A stretch of 64,000 nt of DNA. Source: Spartobacteria bacterium. GTDB lineage: Bacteria > Verrucomicrobiota > Verrucomicrobiia > Chthoniobacterales > UBA10450. The notes beneath the pieces were generated by a model that saw nothing but the letters and a program-made list of their open reading frames with translations, was not told the origin of the DNA and did no database searches. The stretch is from NCBI GenBank assembly GCA_003134765.1, contig PLCM01000031.1:129540-193539 (forward strand). The letters run 5' to 3'. Made by a program: the position numbers and the translations under genes. This document shows, piece after piece, positions 27,130 through 34,058 of the stretch. Numbering within the stretch: the first letter of the stretch is position 1; each line of letters begins with the position of its first letter.

Positions 27130-27759
27130 GGCTTTCAAGGCCACGCGCAGGTCGGCGACGAAAAGTTTGTATTCGCGCTCGCGCGCTTCTTCGTCGGGTT
27201 GACGGAGAAGTGAAGAAGGATGAACGGTCGCCATCACTTTCGGCGCGAGTTCCGCTTCAAGGACTCTTCCTCGATCACGCGTCACCCGAAACGCCGGGCC
27301 GAAGACGGCCTGGGCCGCGGTCGCGCCAAGGCAGACGAGGAGCCCCGGCCTGACGACTCGCAGCTCCGCCTCAAGCCACGGGCGACAGGCCGCGATCTCG
27401 CGCGAGTTCGGCTTTTTATGAATTCGGCGTTTGCCACGCGGCTCCCATTTGAAGTGCTTCACGGTATTCGTCACATAGACTTTGCGGCGATCGATTCCCG
27501 CGTCTTCGAGAGCGCGGTCGAGGATCTTGCCAGCGGGGCCGACGAAGGGTTTCCCCGTGAGATCTTCCTGGTCGCCCGGCTGTTCGCCCAGCAGCATGAG
27601 CGTCGCGCCTTCCGGTCCTCCGCCGAAGACGGTTTGAGTGGCGTGGCGGAAAAGATGGCAGGCGGTGCAGGCCTTCGCCGCTTTCTTCAGGGTCGCCAGA
27701 CTCGACGTCTCCGGTGCCGGCGCGGGCTGCCAGTCGCGTTCAATAATTTTCGATCCCAC
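27124..27759 (-). CDS. Family-4-type uracil-DNA glycosylase of the UdgX subgroup
   Basis: CxxC (CTACHL), motif A GEQPGDQEDL, PFVGPAG, and the insertion WEPRGKRRIHKKP containing KRRIH. Motif B is VHPSSLLR. Confidence 0.85.
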   Translation of the reverse strand: MGSKIIERDWQPAPAPETSSLATLKKAAKACTACHLFRHATQTVFGGGPEGATLMLLGEQPGDQEDLTGKPFVGPAGKILDRALEDAGIDRRKVYVTNTVKHFKWEPRGKRRIHKKPNSREIAACRPWLEAELRVVRPGLLVCLGATAAQAVFGPAFRVTRDRGRVLEAELAPKVMATVHPSSLLRQPDEEAREREYKLFVADLRVALKAL

Positions 27760-27944
27760 AACAATTGTTCGCCCCTTCCACTTCTCGCGCGCGTAATTTT
27801 TCCAAGGCAGGGACGCCTTTCCGAGGCGTCCGACTTTATTAGCGCTTCGGTTCCCTCCACAGAATTAGTCGGACGCGTCGGAAAAGCGTCCCTGCCTGTG
27901 AAGTTTGCTGGGCTGTCTGACGATTTCTTGTTATAAAAACACCG

Positions 27945-28337
27945 ATGCATCGCCTCGATTATTGGCTCGTGGCCGGCGGCGGCGCGTTGGGGAGCGTCGC
28001 GCGTTACTGGCTCTCCGGCGTGATCGGCCGACGTTTCGGCGAGACTTTTCCCTACGGAACCCTGCTTGTGAATGTCAGTGGCTGTCTCGTGATCGGATTT
28101 TTCGCCGCGTATACTGGACCCGAAGGGCGTTTGCTCATCCGGCCGGAGTGGCGGCTCGCGTTCATGGCGGGCGTGTGCGGCGGGTACACGACGTTTTCTT
28201 CCTTCAGCCTCCAAACCTTGAACCTGACGATGGAAGGCGATTGGTTGCGCGCGGCCGCGAACGTAATCCTCTCTGTGCTCCTTTGCCTTGGTGCTGTCTG
28301 GATTGGCCATCTTTGCGCAGCCGCCATCAGCCGGTGA
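27945..28337 (+). CDS. crcB: Fluoride channel CrcB/FluC
   Basis: GGALGSVARYWLSGVI...GTLLVNVSGCLVIGF...GGYTTFSSF. Confidence 0.92.
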   Translation: MHRLDYWLVAGGGALGSVARYWLSGVIGRRFGETFPYGTLLVNVSGCLVIGFFAAYTGPEGRLLIRPEWRLAFMAGVCGGYTTFSSFSLQTLNLTMEGDWLRAAANVILSVLLCLGAVWIGHLCAAAISR

Positions 28338-28344
28338 GAAGCAC

Positions 28345-28863
28345 ATGCCCACTCTGCATACGCCGCGTCTGCTCCTGCGCTCCTTTGCCACGGAAGACCT
28401 TGAGCAAATGGCAGAGCTGATGGCGGACAAGGATTTTATGCGTTTTTCCTTTGGAGTTTTTTCTCGTGAGCGCACCGCAGAATTTCTCGAAAAAATGCGC
28501 GCTCGCGATCGGGCGAACCTCCCGTCACAATTCGGCGTGATCTCTCGTGAAGATAATCGCCTCATCGGCTACTGCGGATTCTTCTCCCAGACCGTGGACG
28601 ACATCGAAGAGCTGGAGATCGGTTACCGGATCGATCCCGCCTATTGGGGCCGGGGCCTCGCCACGGAGGCCGCGCGCGCGGTTCGCGATCACGGCTTCCA
28701 CGAACTCCAACTATCGCGCCTCATTTCGCTCATCCACCTCGAGAATCTCGCCTCGCGCCGCGTCGCCGAGAAAAATGGAATGACGCCGGAGAAGGAAACA
28801 GTCTTTCGCGGCTTTCCCACGATCGTGTTTGGCGCGCACCCCGCGGAACGAAACGGCCGCTAA
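28345..28863 (+). CDS. GNAT-family N-acetyltransferase (RimJ/RimL-like)
   Basis: TPRLLLRSFATEDLEQMAEL...YWGRGLATEAARAVRDHGF...NLASRRVAEKNGM. The ATG at 28345 was verified. Confidence 0.85.
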   Translation: MPTLHTPRLLLRSFATEDLEQMAELMADKDFMRFSFGVFSRERTAEFLEKMRARDRANLPSQFGVISREDNRLIGYCGFFSQTVDDIEELEIGYRIDPAYWGRGLATEAARAVRDHGFHELQLSRLISLIHLENLASRRVAEKNGMTPEKETVFRGFPTIVFGAHPAERNGR

Positions 28864-29213
28864 TGGAAATTCCTCACGAAGCCACCCTGCTGCGGATCTT
28901 CATCGGAGAGAGCGACCGCTACGAGCACCGCCCGCTTTACGAAGCGATCATATTAAAAGCGCGCGAAATGCACCTCGCCGGCGCCACCGCCTTGCGGGGC
29001 CCGATCGGTTTCGGCAAATCGAGCCGGATGCACACGTCGAAAATTCTCCGGCTCTCGATGGACCTGCCGATGATCATCGAGATCGTGGACAGCGAGGAGA
29101 AGATCCAGGGCTTCCTCCCCGTCCTCGACGGCATGATCACCGGCGGGTTGGTGACGATGGAAAAAATCCGCGCCCTGCACTATCGCGGCGCGATCAGCGG
29201 TGGCGTTCCATGA
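28863..29213 (+). CDS. DUF190 (PII-like) protein, commonly linked to crcB
   Basis: MEIPHEATLLRIFIGESDRYEHRPLYEAIILKAREMHLAGATALRGPIGFG... The start overlaps the GNAT stop (TAATG). Confidence 0.8.
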   Translation: MEIPHEATLLRIFIGESDRYEHRPLYEAIILKAREMHLAGATALRGPIGFGKSSRMHTSKILRLSMDLPMIIEIVDSEEKIQGFLPVLDGMITGGLVTMEKIRALHYRGAISGGVP

Positions 29214-29961
29214 ATTCTTTCGCGAGAGCGCGATAGGCGCGCGCGCCGGTTCCGTTCGGATCGTGTTCGAGGATCGATTTGCCGAAACTGGGCGCTTCGC
29301 TCAGGCGGACGGTCCGCGGAATGACGGTTTCGTAAACGCGCTCGCCGAAATGGGCGCGGACATCAGCGACCACCTGCGCGCTGAGGTTGGTCCGGCTGTC
29401 GAACATCGTCATGACGATGCCGCCAATCTCAAGCCGGTCGTTCGCGCCGGACTCGCGGACCTGCTCGATGATGCGGACGATTTTCACCAGGCCTTCGAGC
29501 GCGAAATATTCGCATTGAATCGGCGTGAGGAGTTCGTCAGCGGCGGCGAGCGCATTCGTCATGAGAATGCCGAGCGAGGGCGGGCAATCCAGCAGGACAA
29601 AATCGAAGGTGTTGTCGGAACGGAGCGGAACGAGGGTTTCGGCCAGGCGGGTGAGGTGATTGTCGAGCCGCGCGATTTCCACTTCGGCCCCGGCGAGATC
29701 GAGGTCGGCGGGCACGAGGAAAACGCGCTCGACGCGGGTGGGCAGAATTTTGTCGACGATCGCAGCGGAGCCGAGGAGAGGATCGTACAAGCTCTCGCCC
29801 TCCAGTTCCTGCAAGCCGAACGAGCTGGTCGCGTTCCCCTGCGGATCGAGATCGATGATCAGGATGCGCAAGCCTTCCTCGGCCAACGCGCAGCCGAGAT
29901 TGACCGCGGTGGTCGTTTTCCCCACGCCGCCTTTCTGGTTCGCGATGGCGATAATCCTCAT
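29194..29961 (-). CDS. parA: ParA/Soj-family ATPase
   Basis: Deviant Walker A MRIIAIANQKGGVGKTTTAVNLG...IIDLDPQGNAT. No parB is adjacent. Confidence 0.92.
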   Translation of the reverse strand: MRIIAIANQKGGVGKTTTAVNLGCALAEEGLRILIIDLDPQGNATSSFGLQELEGESLYDPLLGSAAIVDKILPTRVERVFLVPADLDLAGAEVEIARLDNHLTRLAETLVPLRSDNTFDFVLLDCPPSLGILMTNALAAADELLTPIQCEYFALEGLVKIVRIIEQVRESGANDRLEIGGIVMTMFDSRTNLSAQVVADVRAHFGERVYETVIPRTVRLSEAPSFGKSILEHDPNGTGARAYRALAKEFMERHR

Positions 29962-29968
29962 GGGAAGA

Positions 29969-30095
29969 AAATTCGAAATCCGAAGCGCGAAACTCGAAAC
30001 AAATCCGAATTACGAATGGGGGAAAACGCAGTGTCTGCATTTCGGAATTTTTCCTCGGTCATTGTTTCGAGTCTCGTGCTTCGGATTTCGAAATT
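29969..30095. repeat. Long imperfect hairpin element (cgaaatccgaag arms) between the LanB-like gene and parA
   Basis: aaattcgaaatccgaagcgcgaaactcgaaaca (29969-30001) pairs with tgtttcgagtctcgtgcttcggatttcgaaatt (30063-30095). Confidence 0.7.
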
Positions 30096-32586
30096 ATCCA
30101 GGAACAATCTGGGTGCGAAGTTCGAAAGTCCTGCGCCCGTCCGCCTCCTGCCAAAGCAAATGATCCGGATTCGGAAGCATCTCGGTGACCTCGAGCTCAC
30201 CGGCTTTCGTCAGCCAGCCATGAAAGACTTCGAGGAACAAATAACTCTCGAGGTCGATGAAGACCGGTTTGGTATCCTTGTCGCGGCCTTCGGCGCCGCT
30301 GCGGCGAAGCGCCTGTTCACTGGGCCGAATGTAGACGTGGCGCGGCCAGCCCTTTGCCGCGCGCAGGCGTTCGATCGCCGCGACGAGGTTCCGGGCAACG
30401 CCGGTGTAATTTCCCGCCGGCAATTCCTCCAGTGTCACGGTCCACGAACGGCGTTGCACAATCACTTTGCCGCAACGTAACCGCGGCATGTGCGGCGTCC
30501 GCCCAAATAGAAACGGATGGAACCCAAGCGGAATCACCCAGGCGCGGGCGAAGGAGCCAAGGTATTCGTGCGACTCGCGCGTGCGCAAGCCGACGTCGCC
30601 GCTGGCCTCATCCGCAAACACCTCGATCTCGGCCGGCGGGATGAGCCGCCAGCGCGGATCGCCCCGTTGCGGCGCGACGAAACTCGTCAGGCCGGGCATG
30701 GCATCGAGCACTCTCACGGCCGTCGTCGCGGTGAAATCGATCGCGAAAAAGCCGAAGTGAAAAGTCGGCCGGCCTTTTGTCGTGCTCGCGAGCGCCCGGC
30801 CCAGTCCCTCCTTGTCGGGACACGCCCAGTAAAAGCCGTGATGCAACAACGCGACCGGCGGATGGAGTTCGGCCAGGACCCAGTCGTACTCACCCCGGCC
30901 GACGGCGTCCACGGACTTCGCAGAAATCTGCATGTCGGCCGAGGGATAAGTGTATTCGTCGAACTTCGGATACTGGAGATTTTTGCGAACGAAGTGGCAA
31001 TCATCGGCGGTGAGCTGCCATTCGTCGGCATCCGGCCGATGCGCGACCTGTTGGCGAAAGGCGGCTTTTACCTCCTGGAAGGCCATGTGCGCCAGCCCGA
31101 CCATTGCCGGTCCCGTAAGCGGCATTCGCAATTGCTCACAAACGTGCAGAAATGCGGGAAGGGGCAGAGCGCCATTTCGGGTCGGCGCCTTTTCGAGAAG
31201 TCCGCGCAAACCGGCGGAGACGCGGCTCGCCACGAAGGCGTAGCAATCGCGCCACAGATCGATCCACGGGGCGGCATCGCGCACGACTTCTCCGACGAGA
31301 TCTTCACCGATGGTGAAACCGCATTCGCGGAAACATTCTTCACCGATCGGATTGGCGGCGGAATACAAAAAACGTGTCCCGGTTTTCGGCAACGCGCCGA
31401 GCCGTTGCAAACGGTCGTCCGCCTCATCGATGATCCGGGTCCGCGCCGCCGTTTCGTCAGTCTCGGCAAACTTTCGCGGTAATTGCGCGAGGGGCTGAAG
31501 CCGCTCGAGCCACCGTGCGCGGACCGCGTTATCGCGCCACGCCGCGACATCGGCGACCAGGACATCGAAGGCGTGGGGCTCGAGCGCGGGAACCTCGACT
31601 TCCCAGCGGATGATCTTTTGCCGGGCCAGTTGCTCGAGAGGAGTCATTTCGACGCCTAACGAGTATGCGGGTGTTTTCGAATCAATCTGGCGAAGAAGGT
31701 CCCGGGTCGCGTCGTCAAGCGCGACCGTTTCACCAGTGTCGGCAAAGACGAAACGGTTTCCTTCGATCCGGCCATTTGGATTCAAGCGCGGCGCCAGTTC
31801 CGCGCGAACCTCCGGATCGCCATTCAACGCGGCGGCCAGGCCGTGCGCGGTCCAACGCTCGAGAAAAGTTTCGCGGGCCGCGATGCCGGGCCGCGGCGAG
31901 AGCGTCAAACTTGCCGGCGCTCCTCCAATTGTCCCCCACCCTTCCGGGCCAAACGCGCTCAGCGAATCGTTCTTCGCCGCGATGCGTTGCAAATAAAGAA
32001 GCAGATGCCGCTCATGAGCGCGCGACGATTTGTTGCGCGGCGGCAGGGCACCGGTGGCCGCGGATTGTTTCGCGAGGCGTTCGCGCAATCCTTCGGACGT
32101 GAAGACCAGATAGGGCGGCAAAACTGTCCGCGCCGCTTCGAGCAGATTGCTCCGCGCGGCCGCCAGTTCGCGCTGCAACGATTCCTCCAAGCGCGTTTCA
32201 GCCGCGGCCAGCTGCGACGCGCATTCCCAGCAATGGGCGAAAGCGCGCGAAGGAGCGTCGCCTGCCGGCGGCACCGCCCCGGAGCGAATCGCCTTCCGCC
32301 AGGCGCGAAATAAATCCTCGGAGAGCCCGTGGCCGCGGTGACGAAGAAGTTCTTCCACTTCCACCCTGGCTTGCGCGAACTCATCCTGCCTGACCACCAA
32401 TTCGCGGGCCAGTGCCGCCGTTTCGATCGTGACAAGTTTTTCGACGGCATCGAAGGGCACGCCGGCCATTCGGAGCAAAAATATGGGGGCAACGCGGTAC
32501 GACGAGTCAGACACTTGTCCAACAGAACGGAAGCCGTAGGCAGTGACAAGTGAAAGTCTACGCTCCGAAGGGACGTGCTTCCGCAC
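30094..32586 (-). CDS. Lantibiotic-dehydratase N-terminal (glutamylation) domain family protein; stand-alone LanB / PEARL-like
   Basis: 830-aa ORF with VAPIFLLRMAGVPFD, HLLLYLQRIAAKNDSLSAFGPEGWGTIG and the C-terminal KPVFIDLESYLFLEVF...ELEVTEMLP...GRRTFELR. The ORF-track start is a GTG inside a hairpin arm, so the true start may be the GTG at 32512-32514. The family call is from memory of motifs and no HMM was run. Confidence 0.6.
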   Translation of the reverse strand: MRKHVPSERRLSLVTAYGFRSVGQVSDSSYRVAPIFLLRMAGVPFDAVEKLVTIETAALARELVVRQDEFAQARVEVEELLRHRGHGLSEDLFRAWRKAIRSGAVPPAGDAPSRAFAHCWECASQLAAAETRLEESLQRELAAARSNLLEAARTVLPPYLVFTSEGLRERLAKQSAATGALPPRNKSSRAHERHLLLYLQRIAAKNDSLSAFGPEGWGTIGGAPASLTLSPRPGIAARETFLERWTAHGLAAALNGDPEVRAELAPRLNPNGRIEGNRFVFADTGETVALDDATRDLLRQIDSKTPAYSLGVEMTPLEQLARQKIIRWEVEVPALEPHAFDVLVADVAAWRDNAVRARWLERLQPLAQLPRKFAETDETAARTRIIDEADDRLQRLGALPKTGTRFLYSAANPIGEECFRECGFTIGEDLVGEVVRDAAPWIDLWRDCYAFVASRVSAGLRGLLEKAPTRNGALPLPAFLHVCEQLRMPLTGPAMVGLAHMAFQEVKAAFRQQVAHRPDADEWQLTADDCHFVRKNLQYPKFDEYTYPSADMQISAKSVDAVGRGEYDWVLAELHPPVALLHHGFYWACPDKEGLGRALASTTKGRPTFHFGFFAIDFTATTAVRVLDAMPGLTSFVAPQRGDPRWRLIPPAEIEVFADEASGDVGLRTRESHEYLGSFARAWVIPLGFHPFLFGRTPHMPRLRCGKVIVQRRSWTVTLEELPAGNYTGVARNLVAAIERLRAAKGWPRHVYIRPSEQALRRSGAEGRDKDTKPVFIDLESYLFLEVFHGWLTKAGELEVTEMLPNPDHLLWQEADGRRTFELRTQIVPG

Positions 32587-32648
32587 GTGCCGTTATTCGC
32601 GGCGCTTGAGGAGAGCCAAAAAAATCGGACGTGCGGAAGCACGTCCCT
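32569..32648. repeat. 19-bp perfect-stem hairpin with 42-nt loop in the kinase to LanB-like spacer
   Basis: agggacgtgcttccgcacg (32569-32587) is the reverse complement of cgtgcggaagcacgtccct (32630-32648). Confidence 0.8.
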
Positions 32649-32666
32649 CCGAAGGAAAAACGCCGC

Positions 32667-33815
32667 CTAGTTGTTGAGCAGCGGCAGGCGGATCGTGAAG
32701 GTAGTCCCGACCTGGGGAGTGCTGTCGACCTTGATCGAGCCGTTGTGGTCTTCCACCACCTTTTTGGTGATGTAGAGACCGAGACCGGTGCCGCTTTTGC
32801 CTTGCTTCGTCGTGAAATAGGGATCGAAAATTTTCGCCATCTGCGCGGGCGCAATCCCGTATCCGGTATCTTCGACGCGCACGTCGACGTAGAAATCCTT
32901 GCGCACGCAGCTCACTGTCACCGTCCCCTTTTTTTCGCTGACCGCCTGGACCGCGTTGATGATTACGTTCTGGATGGCACGCGTCATCTGCGTGGAATCG
33001 CCGAGAAGAGTGCAGGCGTCATCGCATAGATTGGATTTCAGCTCGACGCCATTTTGGGCGGCCATCGCGGTCACGCCTTTCACAACCTCGCGGACGAGGG
33101 CGGAAACGGAGATCGGCTTGTGCGGCGTGGCTTCGACGCTGCCATAGCTCTGCCACATTGTCAGGAGCTCGCGACAGAGCCGGACATTCTGCTCGATGAT
33201 CTGGAGTTCCTTTGCGTTCTGGCTCTTCGCTCCATTATCTTTTTCCGACTCCTCGAGCTTCTTGGCAAGGAGTTGAACGTACCCCCAAACAATCGTGAGG
33301 GGATTGCCGAGGTCGTGCACAAACTCCGCCGAGGCCTGGCCTAACGAGGCCAGCCGCTCCTTTTGCGCCAGCTCTTTCAGGAGCCGATTGTTGAGTTCCT
33401 TGATTTCCTCCGCCGCATTCACGCCGGTGCGGTGAAGACGGGTCCGTTCCACATTGCGGCCGATCACCTCCCGCATTTCTCGCGCGTCAAAAGGCTTGTT
33501 GATGTAATCGTTGGCGCCGAGCCGGAGCGCTTCCTGCGCAGTCTCGAGCGCGCCGAACCCGGTCAGCATGATGACCGCCACGTGCGGATCGATTTCCCGG
33601 ATGCGCCGCAAACCATCGATGCCGCTGGCGCCGGGCATGCGAATGTCGGTAATCACGGCGTCGGGATGTTTTTCCTTCAAGAGCTTGATCCCGGCCTCGA
33701 CGCAATCGGCCGTGTAGACCTGATAATTCGGCTTCAACAGCATGCGCAAACTTTCGCGAGGCCCCATCTCGTCATCGATCACGAGGACTTGGGGAAGGTC
33801 GGAGGCAGCTGTCAT
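32667..33815 (-). CDS. Hybrid response-regulator receiver / histidine kinase (REC-HisKA-HATPase)
   Basis: REC: VLVIDDEMGPRESL...DAVITDIRMPGASG...NKPF. H-box: SAEFVHDLGNPL. G-boxes are in the C-terminus (GTGLGLYI). The ATG at 33813-33815 was verified. Confidence 0.88.
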   Translation of the reverse strand: MTAASDLPQVLVIDDEMGPRESLRMLLKPNYQVYTADCVEAGIKLLKEKHPDAVITDIRMPGASGIDGLRRIREIDPHVAVIMLTGFGALETAQEALRLGANDYINKPFDAREMREVIGRNVERTRLHRTGVNAAEEIKELNNRLLKELAQKERLASLGQASAEFVHDLGNPLTIVWGYVQLLAKKLEESEKDNGAKSQNAKELQIIEQNVRLCRELLTMWQSYGSVEATPHKPISVSALVREVVKGVTAMAAQNGVELKSNLCDDACTLLGDSTQMTRAIQNVIINAVQAVSEKKGTVTVSCVRKDFYVDVRVEDTGYGIAPAQMAKIFDPYFTTKQGKSGTGLGLYITKKVVEDHNGSIKVDSTPQVGTTFTIRLPLLNN

Positions 33816-33934
33816 GGCGCGTAAGAGAAAGCTAAGGCTGTACCGCGTAACGAACGTATAGTGAGCTGCCCCTCGCCTCAAATGGCGTGTCTGTGAAGTG
33901 TGAAACTTTTTTTTGATGGCACAAGAAGCAACTT

Positions 33935-33963
33935 GTGAATAAGTCGGAAATTTGGTGAATAAG
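33935..33963. promoter_or_regulatory. Direct repeat GTGAATAAG-N11-GTGAATAAG in AT-rich divergent control region
   Basis: The exact 9-mer occurs at 33935-33943 and 33955-33963 (20-nt period). It lies between divergent genes starting at 33815 and 34059. A role as a regulator binding site is inference. Confidence 0.3.
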
Positions 33964-34058
33964 GTGGAGACAGAGAGCCACAAAAACATAATGACTGGAT
34001 TTAGCGTAATCACTAGAATGTCCGCCTCTTCCTCCAAATCCGAATCACAAATGGAGCC

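Noticed and set aside
27760-27944. Fluoride riboswitch upstream of crcB
   Set aside because: I could not find the conserved core by eye. The segment gctgggctgtctgacgatttcttg is only a vague resemblance, and the leader is dominated by an inverted repeat. A cmsearch run is needed to be sure.
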